A stretch of DNA of 18,533 nt. Origin: a virus. Its lineage: Duplodnaviria; Heunggongvirae; Uroviricota; Caudoviricetes. The position numbers and the translations under genes are program-made. The stretch's first letter is position 1. Each line of letters opens with the position of its first letter. Below the pieces are notes generated by a model. That model did no database searches, was not told where the DNA came from, and saw only the letters and a list, made by a program, of their open reading frames with translations. Below are positions 1 through 9,178 of the stretch, piece after piece. The DNA lies in IMG/VR virus record IMGVR_UViG_2541047722_000018, positions 1-18,533 of that record, one strand, 5' to 3'.

Positions 1-510
1 ATGATGACGCTGATTATTCCGCGAAAGGAGGCTCCCGTGTCCGGTGAGGGTACGGTGGTCATCCCGCAACCGGCAGGCGACGAGCCGGTGATTAAAAACA
101 CGTTCTTTTTTCCCGATATCGACCCGAAGCGCGTCCGGGAACGTATGCGCCTTGAGCAGACCGTCGCCCCCGCCCGTCTGCGTGAGGCCATCAAGTCAGG
201 CATGGCGGAAACAAATGCGGAGCTGTACGAGTACCGCGAACAGAAAATTGCCGCCGGTTTTACGCGTCTGGCGGACGTTCCGGCGGACGACATCGACGGT
301 GAAAGTATCAAAGTTTTTTACTACGAGCGCGCCGTGTGTGCGATGGCGACCGCGTCGCTTTATGAGCGTTATCGCGGCGTGGATGCCAGTGCGAAAGGCG
401 ACAAGAAGGCCGACAGCATTGACAGCACCATTGATGAACTGTGGCGGGATATGCGCTGGGCAGTGGCGCGCATCCAGGACAAGCCACGCTGCATCGTGAG
501 TCAAATCTGA
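1..510 (+). CDS. L: Head completion/stabilisation protein (P2 gpL-like), 169 aa
   Basis: Full ORF from window start; length and sequence match my recollection of P2 gpL; followed by X in conserved P2 order; stop overlaps X start (ATGA). Confidence 0.85.
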   Translation: MMTLIIPRKEAPVSGEGTVVIPQPAGDEPVIKNTFFFPDIDPKRVRERMRLEQTVAPARLREAIKSGMAETNAELYEYREQKIAAGFTRLADVPADDIDGESIKVFYYERAVCAMATASLYERYRGVDASAKGDKKADSIDSTIDELWRDMRWAVARIQDKPRCIVSQI

Positions 511-713
511 TGAAGACCTTTGCGCTACAGGGCGACACGCTCGACGCCATTTGTGTCCGGTATTACGGGCGCACTGAGGGCGTGGTCGAGACTGTGCTCG
601 CCGCAAATCCGGGACTGGCTGAACTGGGTGCGGTGCTGCCGCACGGCACCGCCGTCGAACTGCCCGACGTTCAGACCGCGCCCGTGGCTGAAACTGTCAA
701 TCTGTGGGAGTAA
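510..713 (+). CDS. X: Tail protein X (P2 gpX-like), 67 aa
   Basis: ATG at 510 overlaps L stop; product MKTFALQGDTLDAICVRYYGRTEGV... has P2 gpX size and position. The track ORF 441..713 is an upstream over-extension. Confidence 0.8.
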   Translation: MKTFALQGDTLDAICVRYYGRTEGVVETVLAANPGLAELGAVLPHGTAVELPDVQTAPVAETVNLWE

Positions 714-716
714 CGC

Positions 717-998
717 ATGACAGCAGAAGAAAAAAGCGTCCTGTCGCTTTTCATGATTGGGGTGCTGATTGTTGTCGGCAAGGTGCTTGCCGGTGGTGAA
801 CCCATCACCCCGCGTCTGTTTATCGGGCGCATGTTGCTCGGTGGTTTTGTCTCGATGGTTGCCGGTGTTGTTCTGGTGCAGTTTCCTGACCTGTCACTGC
901 CTGCGGTGTGCGGCATCGGCTCCATGCTGGGTATCGCCGGTTATCAGGTGATTGAGATTGCCATTCAGCGCCGTTTTAAGGGCAGGGGGAAACCGTAA
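717..998 (+). CDS. Y: Holin (P2 gpY-like), 93 aa
   Basis: Small protein with hydrophobic transmembrane-like stretches (LFMIGVLIVVGKVLAGG; FVSMVAGVVLVQF), a charged C-terminus (RRFKGRGKP), immediately upstream of the endolysin. Confidence 0.8.
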   Translation: MTAEEKSVLSLFMIGVLIVVGKVLAGGEPITPRLFIGRMLLGGFVSMVAGVVLVQFPDLSLPAVCGIGSMLGIAGYQVIEIAIQRRFKGRGKP

Positions 999-1495
999 TG
1001 CCGGTAATTAACACGCATCAGAATATCGCGGCCTTTCTCGACATGCTGGCCGTGTCCGAAGGGACGGCGAACCATCCGCTGACGAAAAACCGGGGCTATG
1101 ACGTGATAGTCACCGGAGTGGACGGAAAGCCGGAAATTTTCACCGACTACAGTGACCACCCGTTCGCGCATGGCCGACCGGCGAAGGTGTTTAACCGTCG
1201 CGGTGAAAAATCCACGGCCTCCGGTCGCTATCAGCAGCTTTACCTGTTCTGGCCGCATTACCGCAAACAGCTTGCCCTGCCGGATTTCAGTCCGTTGTCA
1301 CAGGACAGACTCGCCATTCAGTTGATCCGCGAACGCGGTGCACTGGATGACATCCGGGCGGGACGCATTGAGCGCGCCATTTCACGCTGTCGCAATATCT
1401 GGGCGTCCCTGCCGGGAGCCGGTTACGGTCAGCGTGAGCATTCACTGGAAAAACTGGTCACCGTCTGGCGTACCGCTGGCGGCGTACCGGCTTAA
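998..1495 (+). CDS. K: Endolysin / phage lysozyme (P2 gpK-like), 165 aa
   Basis: Start overlaps Y stop (TAATG); size and position match P2 K within the lysis cassette. Confidence 0.85.
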   Translation: MPVINTHQNIAAFLDMLAVSEGTANHPLTKNRGYDVIVTGVDGKPEIFTDYSDHPFAHGRPAKVFNRRGEKSTASGRYQQLYLFWPHYRKQLALPDFSPLSQDRLAIQLIRERGALDDIRAGRIERAISRCRNIWASLPGAGYGQREHSLEKLVTVWRTAGGVPA

Positions 1496-1509
1496 ACGGA
1501 GTAAACACC

Positions 1510-1935
1510 ATGAAGAAATTATCCCTTTCACTGATGCTGAACGTGTCGCTGGCGCTGATGCTGGCACTGTCCCTGATTTACCCGCAGAGCGTGGCCGTCA
1601 ATTTTGTCGCCGCCTGGGCGATTCTGGCGACGGTTATCTGTGTGGTTGCCGGCGGTGTCGGCGTGTATGCCACAGAGTATGTACTGGAACGCCACGGGCG
1701 GGGGCTGCCGCCGGAATCGCTGGCCGTGAAGATTGTCACGTCGCTGTTTTTGCAGCCGGTGCCGTGGCGCAGACGGGCGGTGGCTCTGGTAGTGATGGTG
1801 GCGACGTTTATCTCGCTGGTCGCTGCCGGGTGGATTTTTACTGCGCTGATTTATCTTGTGGCGTCGCTGTTTTTCCGGCGGATACGTACGGCCTGCCGTC
1901 AGCGTTTTGAGGGGCGGGAACCATGTCAAAGCTGA
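1510..1935 (+). CDS. lysA: Lysis timing/accessory membrane protein LysA-like, 141 aa
   Basis: Strongly hydrophobic multi-helix protein directly after K; AGGA-like RBS before the ATG; same size and position as P2 lysA. Confidence 0.7.
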   Translation: MKKLSLSLMLNVSLALMLALSLIYPQSVAVNFVAAWAILATVICVVAGGVGVYATEYVLERHGRGLPPESLAVKIVTSLFLQPVPWRRRAVALVVMVATFISLVAAGWIFTALIYLVASLFFRRIRTACRQRFEGREPCQS

Positions 1936-2348
1936 TGACTGTGCTGGTTGTGTTGTTATCACTGGCGGTGGCCGGTCTGTTTCTGGTGAAGCATGAAAAC
2001 GCCAGCCTGCGCACCTCGCTGGACAGGGCGAACAGTGTCGCCAGCGGGCAGCAGACGACCATCACCATGCTGAAAAATCAGCTTCATGTTGCGCTCACCA
2101 GGGCAGACAAAAACGAGCTGGCGCAGGTTGCACTGCGTCAGGAGCTGGAGAACGCCGCGAAGCGTGAAGCACAGCGCGAGAAAACCATCACGAGGTTACT
2201 CAATGAAAACGAAGATTTTCGCCGCTGGTACGGTGCTGACCTGCCTGATGCTGTGCGCCGGTTGCACCAGCGCCCCGCCTGCACTGACGCCAGTGATTGT
2301 CCCCAACGCCTGCCCGAAAGTGAGTCTTTGCCCGATGCCGGGCAGTGA
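1923..2348 (+). CDS. lysB: Inner-membrane spanin LysB (Rz-like), 141 aa
   Basis: N-terminal transmembrane segment (LMTVLVVLLSLAVAGLFLV) followed by a charged, coiled-coil-like periplasmic region; overlaps the lysA end; P2 lysB size. Confidence 0.75.
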   Translation: MSKLMTVLVVLLSLAVAGLFLVKHENASLRTSLDRANSVASGQQTTITMLKNQLHVALTRADKNELAQVALRQELENAAKREAQREKTITRLLNENEDFRRWYGADLPDAVRRLHQRPACTDASDCPQRLPESESLPDAGQ

Positions 2349-2493
2349 CCCGCAGACGAACGGCGATTTAAGTGCCGATATCCGGCAGCTTGAGAACGCG
2401 CTGGCACGGTGTGCCAGCCAGATAAAAATGATTAAACACTGTCAGGACGAAAACGATGCTCAAACCCGACAGCCTGCGCAGGGCGCTGACTGA
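2203..2493 (+). CDS. lysC: Outer-membrane spanin LysC (Rz1-like lipoprotein), 96 aa
   Basis: ATG at 2203 inside the lysB 3' end in a different frame; signal peptide with lipobox (LMLCAG-C) and a proline-rich mature part; runs into the R start. Track ORF 2086..2493 over-extends upstream. Confidence 0.7.
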   Translation: MKTKIFAAGTVLTCLMLCAGCTSAPPALTPVIVPNACPKVSLCPMPGSDPQTNGDLSADIRQLENALARCASQIKMIKHCQDENDAQTRQPAQGAD

Positions 2494-2923
2494 TGCCGTC
2501 ACGGTGCTGAAAACTAACCCCGATATGCTGCGGATATTCGTGGATAACGGGAGTATTGCCTCCACACTGGCGACGTCGCTGTCATTCGAAAAGCGTTACA
2601 CGCTCAATGTCATTGTGACCGACTTTACCGGTGATTTTGACCTGCTCATCGTGCCGGTGCTGGCGTGGCTGCGGGAAAATCAGCCCGACATCATGACCAC
2701 CGACGAAGGCCAGAAAAAGGGCTTCACGTTTTATGCAGACATCAACAATGACAGCAGCTTTGATATCAGCATCAGTCTGATGCTGACCGAGCGCACGCTG
2801 GTCAGTGAGGTGGACGGCGCACTGCATGTGAAGAATATCCCGGAACCTCCGCCGCCGGAGCCGGTCACCCGCCCGGTGGAGTTGTATATCAATGGCGAAC
2901 TGGTGAGCAAGTGGGATGAATGA
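2456..2923 (+). CDS. R: Tail completion protein (P2 gpR-like), 155 aa
   Basis: Size and position as P2 R; overlaps the lysC end and the S start. Confidence 0.8.
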   Translation: MLKPDSLRRALTDAVTVLKTNPDMLRIFVDNGSIASTLATSLSFEKRYTLNVIVTDFTGDFDLLIVPVLAWLRENQPDIMTTDEGQKKGFTFYADINNDSSFDISISLMLTERTLVSEVDGALHVKNIPEPPPPEPVTRPVELYINGELVSKWDE

Positions 2924-3368
2924 GTTTAAGCGTTTTGAAGACCGGCTGACCGGGCTGATTGAATCGCTGTCACCGTCAGGGCGTCGGCGACTGAGTGCCG
3001 AACTGGCGAAACGTCTGCGTCAGAGTCAGCAACGTCGGGTGATGGCACAGAAAGCCCCGGACGGCACACCCTATGCGCCACGCCAGCAGCAGAGCGCCAG
3101 AAAAAAGACCGGTCGTGTTAAGCGAAAAATGTTTGCGAAACTTATCACCAGTCGCTTTTTGCATATCCGCGCCAGCCCGGAACAGGCATCAATGGAGTTT
3201 TACGGCGGAAAGTCACCGAAAATCGCCAGTGTGCATCAGTTCGGTCTGTCGGAAGAAACCCGGAAAGACGGTAAGAAAATTGATTATCCGGCGCGTCCTC
3301 TGCTCGGCTTTACCGGTGAGGATGTGCAGATGATTGAAGAGATTATCCTGGCTCACCTTGACCGTTAG
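2916..3368 (+). CDS. S: Tail completion protein (P2 gpS-like), 150 aa
   Basis: Size and position as P2 S; start ATG overlaps the R stop (ATGAATGA). Confidence 0.8.
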   Translation: MNEFKRFEDRLTGLIESLSPSGRRRLSAELAKRLRQSQQRRVMAQKAPDGTPYAPRQQQSARKKTGRVKRKMFAKLITSRFLHIRASPEQASMEFYGGKSPKIASVHQFGLSEETRKDGKKIDYPARPLLGFTGEDVQMIEEIILAHLDR

Positions 3369-3434
3369 TTGTGCCATTCCCGACACCTCATCGTCACATT
3401 GCCGCCGGTATGACCCGGCGGCATCCTTCCCGTT

Positions 3435-4070
3435 ATGAACACTCTCGCAAATATTCAGGAACTCGCGCGCGCACTGCGCAACATGATTCGCACCGGCGTT
3501 ATCGTCGAAACCGACCTTAACGCCGGTCGCTGCCGTGTGCAGACCGGCGGCATGTGCACCGACTGGCTTCAGTGGCTGACCCATCGCGCCGGGCGTTCGC
3601 GCACATGGTGGGCACCTTCCGTGGGGGAACAGGTGCTGATTCTGGCCGTGGGCGGTGAACTTGACACGGCGTTTGTTCTGCCGGGGATTTATTCCGGTGA
3701 TAACCCCGCGCCGTCTGCGTCGGCGGATGCCCTGCATATCCGTTTCCCTGACGGGGCGGTGATTGAGTATGAACCCGAAACCAGTGCACTCACGGTAAGC
3801 GGAATTAAAACGGCCAGCGTGACGGCTTCTGATTCTGTTACCGCCACGGTGCCGGTGGTCATGGTGAAAGCGTCAACCCGCGTCACCCTGGACACACCGG
3901 AGGTGGTCTGCACCAACAGGCTGATTACTGGCACGCTGGAAGTACAGAAGGGCGGGACGATGCGCGGCAACATTGAACACACCGGTGGTGAACTCTCATC
4001 AAACGGTAAGGTACTGCATACCCATAAACACCCCGGCGACAGCGGCGGCACAACCGGGGGACCTCTATGA
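3435..4070 (+). CDS. V: Baseplate spike/assembly protein (P2 gpV-like), 211 aa
   Basis: First gene after a 66-bp gap, consistent with the start of the V-W-J-I-H-G late operon; size matches P2 gpV. Confidence 0.85.
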   Translation: MNTLANIQELARALRNMIRTGVIVETDLNAGRCRVQTGGMCTDWLQWLTHRAGRSRTWWAPSVGEQVLILAVGGELDTAFVLPGIYSGDNPAPSASADALHIRFPDGAVIEYEPETSALTVSGIKTASVTASDSVTATVPVVMVKASTRVTLDTPEVVCTNRLITGTLEVQKGGTMRGNIEHTGGELSSNGKVLHTHKHPGDSGGTTGGPL

Positions 4071-4414
4071 CTGCGCGTTATCTCGGAATGAATCGCAGTG
4101 ATGGCCTGACTGTCACTGACCTTGAGCATATCAGCCAGAGTATCGGCGATATCCTGCGCACGCCGGTCGGCTCACGGGTGATGCGTCGTGATTACGGTTC
4201 GTTGCTGGCGTCAATGATTGACCAGCCGCAGACCCCGGCGCTTGAGTTGCAGATTAAGGTCGCCTGTTACATGGCGGTGCTGAAATGGGAACCCCGCGTC
4301 ACCCTGTCATCCGTCACCACGGCGCGCAGTTTTGACGGGCGAATGACGGTCACGTTAACCGGTCAGCACAACGACACCGGCCAGCCACTTTCGTTAACCA
4401 TCCCTGTGAGTTGA
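4067..4414 (+). CDS. W: Baseplate wedge protein (P2 gpW-like, T4 gp25 family), 115 aa
   Basis: Overlaps the V stop (ATGA); size and order as P2 W. Confidence 0.85.
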   Translation: MTARYLGMNRSDGLTVTDLEHISQSIGDILRTPVGSRVMRRDYGSLLASMIDQPQTPALELQIKVACYMAVLKWEPRVTLSSVTTARSFDGRMTVTLTGQHNDTGQPLSLTIPVS

Positions 4415-4418
4415 AACC

Positions 4419-5327
4419 ATGCCGATTATCGACCTGAACCAGCTACCCGCACCGGATGTGGTTGAGGAGCTGGACTTTGAAACCATTCTTGCCGAACGCA
4501 AGGCGACACTGATTTCCCTTTACCCGGAAGACCAGCAGGAGGCGGTCGCCCGTACCCTGACGCTGGAATCCGAGCCTCTCGTCAAACTGCTGGAGGAAAA
4601 TGCTTATCGTGAGCTTATCTGGCGTCAGCGTGTGAATGAGGCCGCACGGGCGGTAATGCTGGCCAGTGCCGCCGGTAATGACCTTGATGTGATTGGTGCC
4701 AATTACAATACCACGCGCCTGATTATCACCCCGGCAGATGATTCGACCATCCCGCCGACACCGGCAGTAATGGAATCTGACACTGATTATCGTCTGCGTA
4801 TTCAGCAGGCGTTTGAAGGTTTAAGCGTCGCCGGGTCGGTGGGTGCCTATCAGTATCATGGCCGCAGTGCCGACGGGCGTGTCGCGGATATCTCTGTCAC
4901 CAGTCCGTCTCCGGCCTGTGTCACCATCTCTGTGCTGTCACGTGAAAATAACGGTGTCGCATCCGAAGACCTGCTGGCCGTGGTGCGTAACGCCCTTAAT
5001 GGTGAGGACGTCAGGCCGGTGGCTGACCGTGTGACCGTGCAGTCTGCCGCCATTGTTGAATACCAGATAAACGCCACGCTTTACCTTTACCCTGGTCCCG
5101 AAAGCGAACCCATCCGCGCGGCCGCCGTGAAAAAGCTGGAAGCGTACATCACGGCACAGCACCGGCTGGGGCGCGACATCCGTCTGTCTGCCATTTATGC
5201 CGCTTTGCATGTGGAAGGCGTGCAGCGTGTCGAGCTGGCGGCACCACTGGCCGACATCGTGCTCAACAGTACGCAGGCGTCTTTCTGTACCGAATACCGC
5301 GTCGTGACCGGAGGCTCGGATGAGTGA
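4419..5327 (+). CDS. J: Baseplate protein (P2 gpJ-like), 302 aa
   Basis: Size and order as P2 J. Confidence 0.85.
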   Translation: MPIIDLNQLPAPDVVEELDFETILAERKATLISLYPEDQQEAVARTLTLESEPLVKLLEENAYRELIWRQRVNEAARAVMLASAAGNDLDVIGANYNTTRLIITPADDSTIPPTPAVMESDTDYRLRIQQAFEGLSVAGSVGAYQYHGRSADGRVADISVTSPSPACVTISVLSRENNGVASEDLLAVVRNALNGEDVRPVADRVTVQSAAIVEYQINATLYLYPGPESEPIRAAAVKKLEAYITAQHRLGRDIRLSAIYAALHVEGVQRVELAAPLADIVLNSTQASFCTEYRVVTGGSDE

Positions 5328-5850
5328 TTCGCGACTGCTGCCGACCGGCTCATCACCGCTTGAAGTCGCCGCTGCAAAAGCCTGTGCGGAAATTGAAAAA
5401 ACGCCGGTCAGTATTCGTGAGCTGTGGAACCTGGACACCTGCCCGGCAAATCTGCTGCCGTGGCTGGCGTGGGCGTTTTCGGTCGACAGATGGGATGAAA
5501 AGTGGCCGGAAGCGACCAAACGCGCCGTTATACGCGATGCCTATTTCATCCACTGTCATAAAGGCACTATAGGTGCAATCCGGCGTGTGGTGGAGCCGCT
5601 GGGCTATCTCATCAACGTGACGGAGTGGTGGGAAACCAGTGACCCGCCCGGCACCTTCCGGCTTGATATTGGTGTACTGGAAAGCGGTATCACAGAGGCA
5701 ATGTATCAGGAAATGGAACGGCTGATTGCTGATGCCAAACCTGCAAGCCGTCACCTTATTGGCCTGAACATTATCCAGGACATTCCCGGCTGTCTGTATA
5801 CAGGCGGTGTGGTCTGTGATGGTGATGTTATTACTGTTTATCCCGGATAA
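5320..5850 (+). CDS. I: Baseplate/tail protein (P2 gpI-like), 176 aa
   Basis: Overlaps the J end by 8 nt; size and order as P2 I. Confidence 0.8.
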   Translation: MSDSRLLPTGSSPLEVAAAKACAEIEKTPVSIRELWNLDTCPANLLPWLAWAFSVDRWDEKWPEATKRAVIRDAYFIHCHKGTIGAIRRVVEPLGYLINVTEWWETSDPPGTFRLDIGVLESGITEAMYQEMERLIADAKPASRHLIGLNIIQDIPGCLYTGGVVCDGDVITVYPG

Positions 5851-5860
5851 GTGAGAAACA

Positions 5861-8647
5861 ATGAGCACGAAATTTAAAACCGTTATCACTACTGCCGGAG
5901 CCGCAAAGCTGGCAGCCGCCACTGTCCCCGGCGGGAAAAAAGTAAACCTGTCTGCAATGGCCGTGGGTGACGGTAATGGCAAATTGCCGGTGCCGGATGC
6001 CGGTCAGACGAAACTGGTGCATGAGGTCTGGCGTCACGCTCTGAATAAAGTCAGCGTGGATAACAAGAATAAAAACTATATCGTGGCTGAACTGGTTGTA
6101 CCGCCAGAAGTGGGCGGCTTCTGGATGCGTGAACTTGGTCTGTATGACGATGCCGGAACACTGATTGCGGTATCCAACATGGCAGAAAGCTATAAGCCAG
6201 AACTGGCTGAAGGCTCCGGACGTGCGCAGACCTGCCGCATGGTTATTATTCTCAGCAACGTGGCGTCCGTTGAGCTGAGTATTGATGCCAGCACGGTGAT
6301 GGCGACGCAGGATTACGTCGATGACAAAATCGCAGAGCATGAGCAGTCCCGCCGCCATCCTGACGCCACGCTGACAGAAAAAGGTTTTACTCAGTTAAGC
6401 AGTGCAACAAACAGCACCAGTGAAAAGCTGGCAGCAACGCCAAAGGCAGTAAAAGCAGCCTATGACAATGCTGAAAAACGTATGCAGAAAGACCAGAACG
6501 GTGGCGATATTCCAGATAAGGGCGCTTTTCTGGACAATGTTGGCGTTACCAGCCTGACGTTTATGAAAAACAATGGCGAAATGCCGCTTGATGCTGATCT
6601 GAATACATTTGGTCCCGTTAAGGCTTATCTGGGGATCTGGTCTAAAGCTACCTCAACTAACGCAACACTGGAGAAAAATTTTCCGGAAGATAATGCTGTC
6701 GGTGTGCTTGAGGTTTTTGCTGCCGGCAATTTTGCAGGTACGCAACGCTTCACCACGAGAGACGGCAATGTATACATACGCAGACTCGCCAATAAGTGGA
6801 ATGGCTCTGATGGTCCGTGGGGCATATGGCGTCACACTCAATCAGCTACCCGCCCTTTGAGTACGACTATAGACCTGAATACGCTTGGAGCCGCCGAACA
6901 TCTTGGTTTATGGCGTAACAGTAGCTCGGCTATAGCTTCATATGAACGCAATTATCCAGAGGAAGGCGGCTTTGCTCAGGGGATGCTTGAGATCCTCGAA
7001 GGCGGGAATTATGGAAGAACGCAACGTTATACCACTCGCCGTGGAAATATGTATGTCCGCTGCCTTGCGGCAAGCTGGGATGTATCAAATCCGCAGTGGG
7101 AACCGTGGTTAAGAGTCGGTCATCAGTCAGAGAGTCGTTATTACGAAGGTGATTTAAATGTTCTAACCGACCCCGGTATTTACAGTGTTACAGGAAAGGC
7201 AACAAACGGTCCGATGCTGGACACCGTTGGCGCGACACTACTTGGGATACTGGAAGTAATCAGACGTTTTGATGGTGTGTCTGTCTGGCAGCGTTACACA
7301 ACCACAGGGAAATCAGAAACCACACAGGGACGCACTTTTGAGCGCGTCTACGCCGGGAGCAAATGGACCGAATGGCGAGAAGTATATAACTCCTTTTCGT
7401 TGCCTCTGAATCTGGGCATCGGTGGCGCAGTGGCAAAACTATCCAGTCTGGACTGGCAGACCTACGATTTTGTGCCGGGCAGTCTGATAACCGTGCGGCT
7501 TGATAACATGACCAACATTCCCGACGGTATGGACTGGGGCGTCATTGATGGCAACCTGATAAACATCGCAGTTGGTCCGAGTGATGATTCCGGTACGGGA
7601 CGCTCAATGCATGTATGGCGAAGCACTGTAAGTAAAGCCAACTACCGCTTTTTTATGGTGCGCGTTTCAGGAAATCCGGGAAGCCGCACGATTACAACAA
7701 GACGAGTACCAATCATTGACGAAGCCCAGACATGGGGCGCGAAACAGACATTCAGTGCTGGCCTTTCTGGTGAACTGTTCGGCAATGCTGCGACAGCAAC
7801 AAAGCTGAAAACAGCCCGTAAAATTAATAACGTTTCGTTTGATGGAACATCAGATATTAACCTGACGCCTGAAGATATTGGTGCATTGCCAATAACGGGA
7901 GGAACTCTTACCGGCGGTTTAACTGCTGCTGGCGAGATTATTTCCAAATCGGCGAATGGTCTTCGTATTGCCTATGGCAACTATGGATTCTTTATCCGAA
8001 ACGATGGTTCAAGCACATACCTCATGTTGACCAATTCGGGCGACAGCCTGGGAACATGGAATAGTTTAAGGCCGCTTACCATTAATAACGCCAGTGGAGC
8101 TGTTTCTATCGGTAATAGTTTAACTGTTAATGGTGATATAGGAACCAATGCTTGGGTATATGCAAATCGTTTTGCAATTAATAGCAGTACCGGAATGTGG
8201 ATAAATATGCGTGACCAGAATGTTATTTTTGGACGTAATGCGGTATCCACCGATGGTGCTCAGGCATTGTTACGTCAGGACCATGCTGATCGCAAATTTA
8301 TGATTGGTGGTCTGGGGAATAAGCAATTTGGCATCTACATGATTAATAATTCAAGGACAGCCAATGGCACCGATGGTCAGGCGTACATGGATAATAACGG
8401 GAATTGGCTTTGCGGTGCGCAAGTTATTCCCGGCAATTATGGTAATTTTGACTCACGCTATGTGAGAGATGTCAGACTTGGCACACGTGTTGTTCAGACC
8501 ATGCAAAAAGGCGTGATGTATGAAAAATCAGGTCATGTAATCACGGGGCTTGGTATTGTCGGTGAAGTCGATGGTGATGACCCCGCAGTATTCAGACCAA
8601 TACAAAAATACATCAATGGCACATGGTATAACGTCGCACAGGTGTAA
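5861..8647 (+). CDS. H: Tail fibre protein (P2 gpH-like N-terminus, divergent repeat-containing distal region), 928 aa
   Basis: N-terminus MSTKFKTVITTAGAAKLAAA... is the conserved P2-type fibre anchor. It is longer than the 669 aa I recall for P2 H. It has three tandem ~92-aa repeats, a GGTLTGGL motif common in enterobacterial phage fibres, and a visibly more AT-rich distal part. Confidence 0.85.
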   Translation: MSTKFKTVITTAGAAKLAAATVPGGKKVNLSAMAVGDGNGKLPVPDAGQTKLVHEVWRHALNKVSVDNKNKNYIVAELVVPPEVGGFWMRELGLYDDAGTLIAVSNMAESYKPELAEGSGRAQTCRMVIILSNVASVELSIDASTVMATQDYVDDKIAEHEQSRRHPDATLTEKGFTQLSSATNSTSEKLAATPKAVKAAYDNAEKRMQKDQNGGDIPDKGAFLDNVGVTSLTFMKNNGEMPLDADLNTFGPVKAYLGIWSKATSTNATLEKNFPEDNAVGVLEVFAAGNFAGTQRFTTRDGNVYIRRLANKWNGSDGPWGIWRHTQSATRPLSTTIDLNTLGAAEHLGLWRNSSSAIASYERNYPEEGGFAQGMLEILEGGNYGRTQRYTTRRGNMYVRCLAASWDVSNPQWEPWLRVGHQSESRYYEGDLNVLTDPGIYSVTGKATNGPMLDTVGATLLGILEVIRRFDGVSVWQRYTTTGKSETTQGRTFERVYAGSKWTEWREVYNSFSLPLNLGIGGAVAKLSSLDWQTYDFVPGSLITVRLDNMTNIPDGMDWGVIDGNLINIAVGPSDDSGTGRSMHVWRSTVSKANYRFFMVRVSGNPGSRTITTRRVPIIDEAQTWGAKQTFSAGLSGELFGNAATATKLKTARKINNVSFDGTSDINLTPEDIGALPITGGTLTGGLTAAGEIISKSANGLRIAYGNYGFFIRNDGSSTYLMLTNSGDSLGTWNSLRPLTINNASGAVSIGNSLTVNGDIGTNAWVYANRFAINSSTGMWINMRDQNVIFGRNAVSTDGAQALLRQDHADRKFMIGGLGNKQFGIYMINNSRTANGTDGQAYMDNNGNWLCGAQVIPGNYGNFDSRYVRDVRLGTRVVQTMQKGVMYEKSGHVITGLGIVGEVDGDDPAVFRPIQKYINGTWYNVAQV
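6599..7385 (+). repeat. Three tandem ~92-aa (276-279 nt) protein-level repeats inside tail fibre H
   Basis: Repeat units start at 6599, 6875 and 7154, each beginning with an LNT/LNV motif and sharing an ...L(E)VxxxGN(F/Y)xxTQR(F/Y)TTRxGNxYxRxLAxxW... core. Confidence 0.6.
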
Positions 8648-8650
8648 TTT

Positions 8651-9178
8651 ATGCAGCATTTAAAAAATATTACTGCGGGTAATCCAAAAACTGTTGCCCA
8701 ATATCAACTGACAAAAAATTTTGATGTTATCTGGTTATGGTCCGAAGAGGGAAAAAACTGGTATGAGGAAGTAAGTAATTTTCAGGAAGACACGATAAAG
8801 ATTGTTTACGACGAGAATAATATAATTGTCGGCATCACCAGAGATGCTTCAACGCTCAACCCTGAAGGTTTTAGCGTTGTCGAGGTTCCTGATATTACCG
8901 CCAACCGACGTGCTGATGACTCAGGTAAATGGATGTTTAAGGATGGTGCCGTGATTAAGCGGATTTATACGGCAGACGAACAGCAACAACAGGCAGAATC
9001 ACAAAAGGCCGCGTTACTTTCCGAAACCGAATCCGTGATTTTGCCGCTGGAGCGCGCTGTCAGGCTGAATATGGCAACAGATGAGGAGCGCAGTCGACTG
9101 GAAGCATGGGAACGCTACAGCGTTCTGGTCAGTCGTGTGGATCCTGCAAATCCTGAATGGCCGGAAATGCCGCAATAA
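8651..9178 (+). CDS. G: Tail fibre assembly protein / chaperone (P2 gpG, Tfa family), 175 aa
   Basis: Directly after H; size as P2 G; AT-rich like the distal part of H; ends ...[12 protein letters not shown]. Confidence 0.8.
   Translation: MQHLKNITAGNPKTVAQYQLTKNFDVIWLWSEEGKNWYEEVSNFQEDTIKIVYDENNIIVGITRDASTLNPEGFSVVEVPDITANRRADDSGKWMFKDGAVIKRIYTADEQQQQAESQKAALLSETESVILPLERAVRLNMATDEERSRLEAWERYSVLVSRVDPANPEWPEMPQ

Noticed and set aside
152-606. Overlapping ORFs on both strands inside gene L (152..499 +, 196..606 -, 308..550 -)
   Set aside because: Arg/Pro/Cys-rich translations typical of out-of-frame reading of GC-rich coding DNA; the in-frame L product is the recognisable P2-like protein.
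1528-2068. Minus-strand ORFs 1528..1962 and 1838..2068 and the + ORF 1338..1910
   Set aside because: Antisense or off-frame to lysA/lysB; low-complexity, highly basic translations with no start context.
3213-4129. Minus-strand ORFs of 174, 90 and 146 aa overlapping S/V/W
   Set aside because: Antisense to well-supported, tightly packed late genes; composition-driven.
4856-6358. Minus-strand ORFs (73-209 aa) overlapping J, I and the start of H
   Set aside because: Antisense to conserved baseplate and fibre genes; no independent support.
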